DNA of 63,340 bases, filler included. It is 4 parts of 4 records of this genome, joined end to end, with 100 filler letters (N's around TTAATTAATTAA, not from the genome) between each part and the next. Parts side by side here need not be neighbours in the genome. Positions count along the whole stretch, not along the records: positions 31,290 to 57,422 come from SRR2962707_4784; 3 more parts are not named here. One strand, 5' to 3'. Below the pieces are notes generated by a model. It was not told the DNA's origin. It ran no database searches and worked only from the letters and a program-made list of their open reading frames with translations. Both the position numbers and the translations under genes were made by a program. Of this stretch, positions 37,700 through 47,034 are shown piece after piece. Position 1 is the stretch's first letter. The number at the start of each line of letters is the position of its first letter.

Positions 37700-38764
37700 A
37701 TGACACAGCAGAAGGGTGAACCGAAAGCTTCGGAAGGCGGCATTCCGTCGAACTATTCACGACTTATTGCCCGCGAGCTGGACTTAACCGTCAGCCAGCT
37801 ACCCTCGTTGCTGCAAGGTACCGGTCTCGGTATCGCGCAATTTCTGGGCGAGGACAGTCTGCTCACGCCAGCTCACCAGGTGCGTATTTTGCGCAATGCA
37901 CTGGCGTTGTCGGGCCAGTTTGAATTCGGCTTACGGCTGGGTAAGCGTCTGACCCCGGCGACCCACGGCGCCATCGGTTTTGCCGCCTCGAGCAGTCCGG
38001 ACCTGCTCACCGCGCTACAGGCGATTCAGACATTCCTACCTACTCGCGCAAGCATCGTCGAGCTACACCTGCAGGAAGCTGAAGAACACCTGGAATGCCG
38101 ACTGGACTTCCAAGTGCCGCTGGACGCGGATATCGAGCGTTGCCTGGCGGATACCATGATCGTGGTGCTGCTTGAATTCGGCGAGTTCGTTGTCGGTCGC
38201 CCATTACATGAGGCTGAAATTTGTTTTACCCACCGGACACCTGAGTACCACGCGATGTACTCGGACTACTTGCCCGGTCGCATTCGTTTTGGCTCCGATA
38301 AGTTCACACTAAAACTGCCGATGGCACTGTGCCGGGAACCGAACGCCTCCGCCAATCATGAAAATTACCGCCTGGCTCTTGAGCAATGTGAATCAATGCT
38401 TGCCGAGCTTCAGAACCACAAGCCCAGCTACCAGACCCGGCTTAAGAAGATGATGCTATCGAGACCCCCCGGTTCGCTCAGCGAAGACGAAGCAGCGGCC
38501 TCCCTTTTCATGAGCAAACGCACTCTCGCTCGCAAGCTCAAGGAGGAAAACAGTAGTTTTAGGAAAATTCGTGACGAAATCCTATCCCGGCAAGCGATCA
38601 GCTACCTGTGTGACAGCAAGCTTTCGATCGAAGCCATCGCCGCGTTGATGAACTATCATGACGGAGCCAATTTCAGGCGTGCCTTCAAGCGCTGGTTCGG
38701 TCTTTCGCCCGATCAGTACCGGCAGCACGCCGGTTCCCGGCACACTCTACCCCCTGCCCCCTAG
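37700..38764 (+). CDS. AraC family transcriptional regulator divergent from the CYP153 operon
   Basis: N-terminal FGLRLG...HGAIGFAASSS ligand domain; C-terminal MSKRTLARKL...FRRAFKRWFGLSP double HTH; start MTQQK. Confidence 0.93.
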   Translation: MTQQKGEPKASEGGIPSNYSRLIARELDLTVSQLPSLLQGTGLGIAQFLGEDSLLTPAHQVRILRNALALSGQFEFGLRLGKRLTPATHGAIGFAASSSPDLLTALQAIQTFLPTRASIVELHLQEAEEHLECRLDFQVPLDADIERCLADTMIVVLLEFGEFVVGRPLHEAEICFTHRTPEYHAMYSDYLPGRIRFGSDKFTLKLPMALCREPNASANHENYRLALEQCESMLAELQNHKPSYQTRLKKMMLSRPPGSLSEDEAAASLFMSKRTLARKLKEENSSFRKIRDEILSRQAISYLCDSKLSIEAIAALMNYHDGANFRRAFKRWFGLSPDQYRQHAGSRHTLPPAP

Positions 38765-38897
38765 GGTCGTCCGGTACCACGCTCCGGCATTCCGTTTCCT
38801 TTCTTTTGTACCGTATCTCGACCGGCCTTTCCCGCCGGTCTGACGCGATCTGTTTCCCGGCGCGCGAAGATATCCACTGACTGCTTTTTTTCGGGCC

Positions 38898-38939
38898 TTG
38901 ACATTTGGTCAATCGCCCAAATAAAGTGACTCAACAGTC
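38898..38939 (+). promoter_or_regulatory. Sigma70-like promoter with overlapping palindromes for the 11-gene lipid operon
   Basis: TTGACA (38898), 18 bp, TAAAGT (38922); palindromes TTGAC-N5-GTCAA (38898-38912) and GACT-N4-AGTC (38928-38939); AGGAGG RBS before 38960. Confidence 0.55.
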
Positions 38940-38959
38940 GAACTACTCAGGAGGTCGAC

Positions 38960-39892
38960 ATGGTGATCGCGAGCCGCAAGATTGGTTACGATGAAGTCGA
39001 ACACAGGGATTTGAATTTCGGCATGAGCCCGGAGACGGTGCCGCGCCACTGGTTCAACAACGATCCGTGGATCACTCACTGGATGAACGCGATCCTGGCC
39101 GCGGTGCCGGACGGCGAGCGCTGGGTCATGCAGGCCACGAGTAAGCAACTCGAGAATCTTCACGATCCGTCAGTGCGCAAAGCCGCGATCAGCTTTATTC
39201 GACAGGAACGCTCCCATGCACGGGAGCATGACGCCATGAATGAAGCGATGGTCGCGCACGGCATTCCAATAGACCGGGCGGAGGCCGTGTTCAAGGCGAT
39301 CAGAAAGCCCCTTCAACGCTACCTGGGCGGCGCCACCCAGTGCGCCATGGCCGCGAACTTCGAGCATTTCACGGCCGTGATTTCCCAGGTAATGCTCGAT
39401 CATCCGGAACTGTGGGACGATACCAGGCAGGAAGTCGCCGCCATGCTGTTCTGGCACTTCGTGGAGGAGACGGAGCACAAGTCAGTCAGTTTCGACGTGT
39501 TCGGAGAGGTAAGCGGGGGCGGCGTCCGCGCTTACGCAATCCGCATGGCGACGCTCGCTCTGGGTACAGCCCTTTTCCTGCCTCTGGTGCACGGTAACTG
39601 GCTGTATTTCCTCTGGAAAGATCGGCAGCTCACGAACATCCCCTCGGCACTGCGCGCCATTAAGTGGTTGTACTTCGCACCTGGAATCTTCACCCGAGCT
39701 TTTGTGATCGATACGCTGCCTTTTCTCTCCCCCCGCTTCCATCCATGGGACGCCGATAACCGGGAAGTCATCCACGCCTGGAAGCGCGCCTACGAGGAAA
39801 CCGGTGATGCCCAGCAGGCTTACCAAGCATTCCGGCAATGGCATGACGATAACAGGCGTGACACAACAGCGGAACGAGTGACGGCGGCGTGA
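38960..39892 (+). CDS. Predicted metal-dependent hydrolase family protein (ferritin-like diiron motifs)
   Basis: PDGERW, QERSHAREH, FEHFT, WHFVEETEHKSV and PRFHPW motifs. Confidence 0.82.
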   Translation: MVIASRKIGYDEVEHRDLNFGMSPETVPRHWFNNDPWITHWMNAILAAVPDGERWVMQATSKQLENLHDPSVRKAAISFIRQERSHAREHDAMNEAMVAHGIPIDRAEAVFKAIRKPLQRYLGGATQCAMAANFEHFTAVISQVMLDHPELWDDTRQEVAAMLFWHFVEETEHKSVSFDVFGEVSGGGVRAYAIRMATLALGTALFLPLVHGNWLYFLWKDRQLTNIPSALRAIKWLYFAPGIFTRAFVIDTLPFLSPRFHPWDADNREVIHAWKRAYEETGDAQQAYQAFRQWHDDNRRDTTAERVTAA

Positions 39893-40728
39893 GCGGTGCC
39901 AAGCGTAAAACACTGAAACCCTCCGAGGGGGCAGCGGCCCTGGTCACGGGGGCGGGCAGCGGCATCGGCCGCAGCTTCGCCTATGAGATCGTGCGCCGTG
40001 GCGGATCAGTGATCTGCGCGGATATAGACCGCCAGCGCGCCGAGCAAACCGCCAGCATACTCTCGGAATTGGGCGAAGGTCGGGCTGTCGCCTACCGCTG
40101 CGACGTAGGTAGCGAAAAGCAGATGGCCACGCTCGCCGACAAGGCCGAATCGCTGCTCGGACGGCCAATGACGTTGGTGGTCAATAACGCCGGGGTGGGC
40201 GTAGGCGGCCGCATCGGAGAAGTGCCGCTTGGCGATTGGCGCTGGTGCCTCAAAGTCAATCTTTGGGGCGTCATTCATGGTTGTCACTTCTTCGCACCCA
40301 AGCTGCGCGCACTGGGCTACGGCGGCATTGTCAACGTGGCTTCGGCCGCCGGTTTCGGCGCGGCGCCGGAGATGAGTGCGTATAACGTGACCAAGTCCGC
40401 GGTCCTTTCACTCTCCGAAACTCTGGCGGCCGAGCTGACCGGCACCGGCGTGCATGTTTCGGCCCTGTGTCCCACCGTGATACCCACCAACATTCTGGAC
40501 AAGGCGCGCCTGCCCGAGCACCGCGGCGATTTCGCCCATGCGGCCATGCGCAAGTGGACCTTCGCCACCAGCGACCAGGTGGCACGCCGGACCCTGGACG
40601 CCCTCGATCGAAAGCAGCTTTATGTGGTGCCGCAGTTCGACGGGCGTTTCATATGGCGGTTCAAGCGCTACGCGCCGCGGCTATACGCTCGCGCGCTGGG
40701 CGAGGCGTATCGCCTAGCCGGGGGCTGA
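39889..40728 (+). CDS. Short-chain dehydrogenase/reductase
   Basis: TGAGSGIG, NNAG, VNVASAAG and YNVTK motifs. Confidence 0.92.
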   Translation: MSGAKRKTLKPSEGAAALVTGAGSGIGRSFAYEIVRRGGSVICADIDRQRAEQTASILSELGEGRAVAYRCDVGSEKQMATLADKAESLLGRPMTLVVNNAGVGVGGRIGEVPLGDWRWCLKVNLWGVIHGCHFFAPKLRALGYGGIVNVASAAGFGAAPEMSAYNVTKSAVLSLSETLAAELTGTGVHVSALCPTVIPTNILDKARLPEHRGDFAHAAMRKWTFATSDQVARRTLDALDRKQLYVVPQFDGRFIWRFKRYAPRLYARALGEAYRLAGG

Positions 40729-40748
40729 TATCCGGCAGGAGGCAAATC

Positions 40749-41744
40749 ATGACATCATTCTCGGCAAGAGTTGCCGACCGTGGTTTTCGGCTACTGATGA
40801 AGCGCGAGCCGGCTAGTCCCGACGAGTTGGTGATGCGGTTACGGCGCATCGCCGCGGTGGCCCGCCTGCCGGGCGGGCTGCCGTCCGGAGTCACCGCGCG
40901 CAAGACCACCATTGGCAATGAACCGGCCGTGCCACCCGGCGTGCCGGCGGTGCGTGTCAGCCCCAGTCAGCCCACGGCCACCGTGCTGTATCTCCACGGT
41001 GGCGCTTTTATCAGTGGCCGTTTCCCTACTTATGCTGAGCTTTGCGGGCAGCTGGCCAAGAGACTGAACGCACGCGTGTTCTGGATCGACTACCGCCTAG
41101 CGCCGGAGGCGGCCTACCCGGCCGCCCTCGACGATGCCCACCATGCCTACAAGGCGCTGGCCGAGGACTATCCTGACGAGCCGCTGGCCCTGATCGGAGA
41201 TTCCGCGGGTGGCAACCTCACTCTGGCCACGCTGCTGAGGCTGCGCGATGCGCAGGCCGCCTCGCCCGATTCCTCCCCCCGCATGCCAGCCTGCGCCGTG
41301 TCGATCTCGCCCGGCGCCGATGCGGTTGGCGATACACCGTCGCGCCAGGCCAACGCGGCCAGCGATGCCATGCTGACTCCACGCATGATCGAGATGGCCA
41401 CCAATCTGTATCTGGCCGGCCATGATCCCCGGGATCCCTATGTCTCACCGATATACGGCGATTTCCGTGGCCTGCCGCCTCTTTTGCTCACTGTGAGCGA
41501 ATCCGAGGCCCTGCGTGATGATGCCTATCGGGTAGCGCACCGTGCGCGCCAGGCCGGCGTGGCCGTGACCCTGCGCGCCCGCTGGAATATGCCACATGTG
41601 TGGCCGGTGTTTCATTCCATGTTGCCGGAGGCGCGCCAGGACGTTACCGAAATAGTCGGCTTTATGCGCCGGCATTTGTCGGCGCCCGTAGCATGCACCC
41701 GGGCCGTGGCACGGACGAAACTGCGCCTCGCGCATAGCGGCTAA
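40749..41744 (+). CDS. Alpha/beta hydrolase, HSL-family esterase
   Basis: YLHGGAF, DYRLAPE, GDSAGG and HVWP motifs; start MTSFSAR. Confidence 0.92.
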   Translation: MTSFSARVADRGFRLLMKREPASPDELVMRLRRIAAVARLPGGLPSGVTARKTTIGNEPAVPPGVPAVRVSPSQPTATVLYLHGGAFISGRFPTYAELCGQLAKRLNARVFWIDYRLAPEAAYPAALDDAHHAYKALAEDYPDEPLALIGDSAGGNLTLATLLRLRDAQAASPDSSPRMPACAVSISPGADAVGDTPSRQANAASDAMLTPRMIEMATNLYLAGHDPRDPYVSPIYGDFRGLPPLLLTVSESEALRDDAYRVAHRARQAGVAVTLRARWNMPHVWPVFHSMLPEARQDVTEIVGFMRRHLSAPVACTRAVARTKLRLAHSG

Positions 41745-41776
41745 GCGACCTGCCAAAAACTGGAAGGAGGACCACT

Positions 41777-43426
41777 ATGAATGTCGCGGAGGACCGGATT
41801 CAACAAAGCCGTCGTGGCCAGCGGGCGCCGCGCCACGGGAGCGCTGAACCCGACCACGAGATTTTGATCATCGGCGCCGGCTTCGCCGGAATGGGCGCGG
41901 CCATCGAGCTTCTCAGCCGCGGCGTGAAATCCTTATCGATCATCGAGCGTGCCGCCGATGTCGGCGGCACCTGGCGCGACAACCGCTACCCCGGCGTGGC
42001 GGTGGACATCACTTCTTTCGTCTACTCTTTTTCCTTCGAGCAGAATCCGAACTGGTCGCGGGTCTTCGCGCCGGGTGACGAGCTGCAGAACTACGCCCGC
42101 CGTGTGGCCAGCAAATACGGCCTCTATCCCTACATACGTTTCGGCGTCAGCGTGAAGCGTGCCGAGTTCGATGAAGGCGAGCACTTGTGGCGGGTGACAA
42201 CCGACAAGGGATGTGTCACCGCACGCCACCTAGTGTCCGCCACCGGCGGGTTGATCTCGCCGAAGATGCCGGATATCGAAGGGGTCGAGGATTTTCAGGG
42301 CGAGCGCATGCACACCGCGCGCTGGGACCACAAAGTGGATCTCACCGGCAAGCGGGTGGCGGTGATCGGTACCGGCGCCACCGCGGTGCAGCTGATTCCC
42401 GAAATCGCCCCGCGGGTGGCGCATCTGGATGTCTATCAGCGCACGCCCATCTGGGTACTCAAGAAACCGGATGTCCGTATGCCGGGCTGGATGCGCACCG
42501 TCTTTCGTTGGTCGAGCCTGGCCCAGCAGGGAGTACGTACCACCACCGATGCGCTGACCGAATCGTTGATGATCATCGCGGCGGTTTACTATCGGCGCTT
42601 TCCCTGCCTGGTGCACTGGGCCCAGCGCGCCGGCGTCAACAACATGCGCGAGCAATTGCCCGATAACCCGGAGTTATGGGACAAATTAACCCCGCGATAT
42701 GGCTTCGGCTGTAAGCGGCCGACATTTTCCAACAACTACTTTTCCACCTTCAGCCGTAGCAACGTCGATCTGATCACCACTCCTATCCAACGCATCACTC
42801 CCAAGGGCATCGAGACCATCGATGCCATTGAGCACGAGATCGACGTGCTGATCCTGGCGACCGGCTACAAGGTTTTCGAAAAGGGCAATCTGCCGTCCTA
42901 TGAAGTCGTGGGACGCGGCGGTGTGGATCTGGGCGAATTCTGGGAGCGGAACCGTTACCAGGCCTACGAGGGCCTGACAGTACCCGGCTACCCCAATCTC
43001 TACATCATGCTGGGTCCATACGCGCTGATTGGTTCATCCTATTTCAAAATGGTCGAGGGTAACGCGATTCATGTGGCGCGCTGCATCGAGGCCGCCCGAA
43101 AGCGGGACGCGACTTGCGTGGAGATTCGTCAAGACGTGCACGATCGCTACTTCCGGAATATCCAACGACGCCAACAAGGGACGGTGTTCCTTAACCACAA
43201 TTGCGCGGCCTCTAACAGCTATTACTTCGATCATCATGGCGACGCGCCCATGCTTCGACCTTCTACCTCTTTCGAGATGCTTTGGCGAGCGAAACGCCTG
43301 CCCATGGCTCATTACCATTTCAAAAAGGCCTATCCGGCAGGATGGCTATCAGGTGACTCAAGGCTGACGTCCAACAGCAGGCCTTTTCCCGGAGATGATA
43401 CCGTTGCGGAGGTTATTCGCCGATGA
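41777..43426 (+). CDS. Type I Baeyer-Villiger / flavin-containing monooxygenase
   Basis: GAGFAG, GGTWRDNRYPG, FQGERMHTARWD (FxGxxxHxxxW), GTGATA, GCKR and ATG motifs. Confidence 0.92.
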   Translation: MNVAEDRIQQSRRGQRAPRHGSAEPDHEILIIGAGFAGMGAAIELLSRGVKSLSIIERAADVGGTWRDNRYPGVAVDITSFVYSFSFEQNPNWSRVFAPGDELQNYARRVASKYGLYPYIRFGVSVKRAEFDEGEHLWRVTTDKGCVTARHLVSATGGLISPKMPDIEGVEDFQGERMHTARWDHKVDLTGKRVAVIGTGATAVQLIPEIAPRVAHLDVYQRTPIWVLKKPDVRMPGWMRTVFRWSSLAQQGVRTTTDALTESLMIIAAVYYRRFPCLVHWAQRAGVNNMREQLPDNPELWDKLTPRYGFGCKRPTFSNNYFSTFSRSNVDLITTPIQRITPKGIETIDAIEHEIDVLILATGYKVFEKGNLPSYEVVGRGGVDLGEFWERNRYQAYEGLTVPGYPNLYIMLGPYALIGSSYFKMVEGNAIHVARCIEAARKRDATCVEIRQDVHDRYFRNIQRRQQGTVFLNHNCAASNSYYFDHHGDAPMLRPSTSFEMLWRAKRLPMAHYHFKKAYPAGWLSGDSRLTSNSRPFPGDDTVAEVIRR

Positions 43427-44928
43427 CGACTCATGAGGAAACAACACCGGTGCTGGTCGGCGCCGGCCAGATCAGCGCGCGCGAACCGGATACCGAGCGC
43501 ACCCCCATAGGCCTGGTCGCCGAGGCTGCCCGAGCCGCGGCGGCGGACTGCGGTGTGACCGGGGTTCTGGGTCAGATCCAGTCGTTAACGTGTCTCAACA
43601 TATTGGCGCCGTCTTATTCCGATGCCCCGTCCACCCTGGCGCGGCATCTGGGCATCGACCCCGGCGAGCGCTTCTACACCCCCATAGGCGGGAACATGGG
43701 TCAATGGCTGGTCGGTTACTATGCCGATCGCATCGCCGCCGGTGGTCTCGATTGTATCTTGATCGCGGGCGGCGAGGCGCTTGCCACACAGATGCGCGGC
43801 AAGGGCGCCGGCCTGTCCGGAGTGCTGGACACCGCCACCGGCGAGGGTCCGCGACTGCTCGGCGATGACCGCGAGCCGACCAATTCGGCGGAACAACGCC
43901 ACGGGCTCAATCTGCCCATCCAGATCTATCCGTTGTTCGAGCAGGCGCTGCGGGGTCGCTACGGCCTTGACCCAGTCGAGCACCGACGAATGCTGGGCGA
44001 ATTCTATGCCCGATTCAACGCCGTCGCGGTCGACAATCCGCGAGCCTGGCGCCGCGACCCTTTATCGGCGGCCGATATCGCCGAGCGCTCACCCAAAAAT
44101 CGCATGGTCGGCGCGCCCTACACCAAGCACATGAACGCCCTCATCGCGGTGGATCAGGCCGCCGCGCTGGTGATGATGTCCGTGGCCAAGGCCCGGCGGC
44201 TGGGCATCGACCCTGAACGCTGGGTGTACCCCCTGGCCGCGGCAAACGGCCACGATCATTGGTTCGTCTCCCAGCGGGCGGATCTTTCCCGCTCGCCGGC
44301 GATCACCGCCTGCGGCGAGCGGCTGGCAGCGACCAGCGGACTCGGGATCGACGCGATCGATCACCTGGACCTGTACAGCTGTTTCCCCAGCGCTGTACAG
44401 ATGGCGCGCGACGCGCTGGGTATCTCCGTGCATGATCCCCGGCCACTGACCGTCACGGGCGGCTTGGCTTACCATGGCGGGCCCGGCAACAACTATTGCA
44501 CCCACGCCATTGCCGAGATCATGAACCGTATCCGCGCCGACCGAAGCACCACCGGATTGGTCAGCGGCGTAGGCTGGTACATGAGCAAGCATTCGCTGGG
44601 GCTCTACGGCGGAAGACCGCCCGTCGGCGGTTGGCGGCCGATCGATCCGGCCGGGCTGCAAGCCGAGATCGACGCCGGCCCCGTCGTGGAACTGGTGGAG
44701 CAGGCGCAGGGCAAGGCCCGCATCGAGACCTACACTGTCATGCACGACCGCGCCGACCGCCCGGTCCAGGGTATTGTGCTGGGCCGCCTGAGCGATGGTC
44801 GGCGGTTTGTTGCCAACACTCCCACCGACACGGACCTGCTCAATGCCATGACGAACGAGGAATTTCTCAATCGCACGGGCCGCGTGCACCACGATGGCAA
44901 ACGCAACCTATTTACCCCGGAGGGGTGA
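43423..44928 (+). CDS. Thiolase-like protein (acetyl-CoA acetyltransferase family with C-terminal extension)
   Basis: PVLVGAGQ, VDQAAA, DLYSCFPSAV, TGGLAYHGGPGNNY and IETYTV motifs. Confidence 0.82.
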   Translation: MTTHEETTPVLVGAGQISAREPDTERTPIGLVAEAARAAAADCGVTGVLGQIQSLTCLNILAPSYSDAPSTLARHLGIDPGERFYTPIGGNMGQWLVGYYADRIAAGGLDCILIAGGEALATQMRGKGAGLSGVLDTATGEGPRLLGDDREPTNSAEQRHGLNLPIQIYPLFEQALRGRYGLDPVEHRRMLGEFYARFNAVAVDNPRAWRRDPLSAADIAERSPKNRMVGAPYTKHMNALIAVDQAAALVMMSVAKARRLGIDPERWVYPLAAANGHDHWFVSQRADLSRSPAITACGERLAATSGLGIDAIDHLDLYSCFPSAVQMARDALGISVHDPRPLTVTGGLAYHGGPGNNYCTHAIAEIMNRIRADRSTTGLVSGVGWYMSKHSLGLYGGRPPVGGWRPIDPAGLQAEIDAGPVVELVEQAQGKARIETYTVMHDRADRPVQGIVLGRLSDGRRFVANTPTDTDLLNAMTNEEFLNRTGRVHHDGKRNLFTPEG

Positions 44929-44947
44929 GCGCAAGGAGGAGACGATA

Positions 44948-46132
44948 ATGAGCATCGCGTCCGAAGCCCAGTTCGACCAAGCCCGCGTAGCCGAACGCAT
45001 GCGTGACATTCGCGAGGCCACCCGCGTCGTGAGCGAAGGCTTTTCCCGGGAATACATGCGCGAATGCATCGATAATCACCGATTCCCTCAGGAGGCCTGG
45101 GAAGCGCTGGGCGAATATGGGCTGCTTGGCATCACCATTCCCGAGGACCTGGGGGGCTCGGGCGGCGGCCAGGTGGAACTGGTCGCGCTGATGGAAACGC
45201 TGGCCGAGGCCGGGCTGGTGCTGCCCATGCTGTTGCTCACTGGCTTTGCGCGAGTGCCGATCATCCGCAATGGCACACCCAGGCAAATAGAGCGGTTCGT
45301 CAAGCCGACAATCAGCGGGGCCGAGAAACTGTGCTTCGCCATCACCGAGCCGGATGCCGGGACCAACAGCTTCGCGATGTCCACGCTGGCGACACCGGAT
45401 GGTGACGGCTATCGGCTGACCGGGCGCAAGGTTTTTATTTCCGGTGCGGCGGACGCCGATCGAATGCTGGTCGTGGCCCGCACCCAAAAGGCCGGCGAAG
45501 TCAAACGACGCACTGAGGGTATGTCCTTGTTCGTGGTGGATACCGACGCGCCCGGCGTGGAACTACAGCCCCTGAATATCGACGTCGGTTGGCCGGAGCG
45601 GCAATACCTGGTTTTTTTCGATGACGTCAAACTCGACGCGGGTCGCTTGATCGGCAACCCGGGACAGGGCCTGGCCGGAATGTTCGAGGCGCTGAATTCG
45701 GAGCGCCTGCTGGTCACCGCCATGTCCGTGGGCCTGGGCAATTACGCTCTCAAAAAGGCAGTGGCCTACGCCAACGAACGCAAACCTTTCGGCACCCCCA
45801 TCGGGGGTTATCAGGCTATACAGCACCGGCTGGCCGAGGCCAAGGCCGAATTGGAGGCAGCACGGCTGATGATGATCCACGCGGCTGCGACGTTCGACGC
45901 CGGTAGCGATGCCGGTACTCATGCCAACATGGCGAAATTGCTGGGCTCTCGCGCGGCGGTCAAAGCCGTCGAGGCCGCCCTGCAGACCCACGGCGGCTAC
46001 GGTTTCGACCGGGACTACGACATCATCACGCTATGGCCTTCGGCACGGTTAATGGAGGTTGCACCAATCAACAACGAAATGCTGCTCAACTACATCGGAG
46101 AACATGTCCTTGGCTTACCCAAATCCTACTGA
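44948..46132 (+). CDS. Acyl-CoA dehydrogenase
   Basis: FAITEPDAGTN, GRKVFISG, RKPFGTPIGGYQAIQH and QTHGGYG motifs. Confidence 0.93.
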   Translation: MSIASEAQFDQARVAERMRDIREATRVVSEGFSREYMRECIDNHRFPQEAWEALGEYGLLGITIPEDLGGSGGGQVELVALMETLAEAGLVLPMLLLTGFARVPIIRNGTPRQIERFVKPTISGAEKLCFAITEPDAGTNSFAMSTLATPDGDGYRLTGRKVFISGAADADRMLVVARTQKAGEVKRRTEGMSLFVVDTDAPGVELQPLNIDVGWPERQYLVFFDDVKLDAGRLIGNPGQGLAGMFEALNSERLLVTAMSVGLGNYALKKAVAYANERKPFGTPIGGYQAIQHRLAEAKAELEAARLMMIHAAATFDAGSDAGTHANMAKLLGSRAAVKAVEAALQTHGGYGFDRDYDIITLWPSARLMEVAPINNEMLLNYIGEHVLGLPKSY

Positions 46133-47024
46133 GACGCGTGACGTGATCGAGCGTGACGGATTCACTGCCCCGGACGGGCGGCAAATCGCGCTGTGGCGCT
46201 GGCCCGGATCGCGCGAACGCCCCACCCTGCATTGGGCCCATGCGACGGGCTTCCATAGCCAGGTTTACCGCTCGCTGCTCGACGAATTGGCTGACGATTG
46301 CAACGTGCTGGCCTGGGATATGCGGGGCCACGGGGCCAGCGCCGAGGCGGCCGATATTAAAACATTCCGCGGTTGGGAAACGTACTACGAAGACCTTGTC
46401 GCTTGGCTGGAAAGTCTGGATGAGCCTGTCTGGCTTGCGGGTCATTCGATCGGTGCCACGACCAGTATCATGGCCGCGGCCCGACGACCGGACAAGGTGC
46501 GGGGCTTGATCCTGGCGGAACCGGTGATCATGGACCCCTGGCAGGGCTGGCGATTGTGGTCGGCCAAGCTGCTACGCCAGTCACAGCGGTTTTCACTGGC
46601 CGCCGGAGCCGCACGTCGCCGCAGGGTGTTTGACTCGCGCGCCGCCGCACTGGAGAACTTTCGTGGCCGTGGTGGCTTCAGAACCTGGCCGGAAGCATGG
46701 CTGGAAAACTATGTTGAGCACGGCCTCGTGGCCCATGATGATCGTTTTCGCTTGGCCTGTACGCCGGAATGGGAAAGCACCACCTTTGCCCATACCGAAC
46801 ACAACCCCTGGCCCGCCGTCCGACGATTGCGGTGTCCGATGGTCGTGCTGGCCGCGGAACGCGCCTCAACCTTCTCGCCAAGGGCGCGCCGGCGCCTACA
46901 TGCCTTGCTACCCTCCGCCGAGTTGAACGTTCTGTCTGGAACAACCCATTTTTTGCCCATGGAGAGACCGGAAGTGGTGCGGGATGCAGTGCGACAAGCA
47001 ATGCACGGTGATACTAGAGGGTAA
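46104..47024 (+). CDS. Alpha/beta fold hydrolase (start uncertain)
   Basis: HATGF, DMRGHG, GHSIGA nucleophile and THFLPME motifs. Confidence 0.88.
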   Translation: MSLAYPNPTETRDVIERDGFTAPDGRQIALWRWPGSRERPTLHWAHATGFHSQVYRSLLDELADDCNVLAWDMRGHGASAEAADIKTFRGWETYYEDLVAWLESLDEPVWLAGHSIGATTSIMAAARRPDKVRGLILAEPVIMDPWQGWRLWSAKLLRQSQRFSLAAGAARRRRVFDSRAAALENFRGRGGFRTWPEAWLENYVEHGLVAHDDRFRLACTPEWESTTFAHTEHNPWPAVRRLRCPMVVLAAERASTFSPRARRRLHALLPSAELNVLSGTTHFLPMERPEVVRDAVRQAMHGDTRG

Positions 47025-47034
47025 GGAGAAAAGC

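Noticed and set aside
41777-43426. Calling the monooxygenase AlmA
   Set aside because: Motifs support a type I BVMO/FMO, but orthology to AlmA cannot be established by eye.
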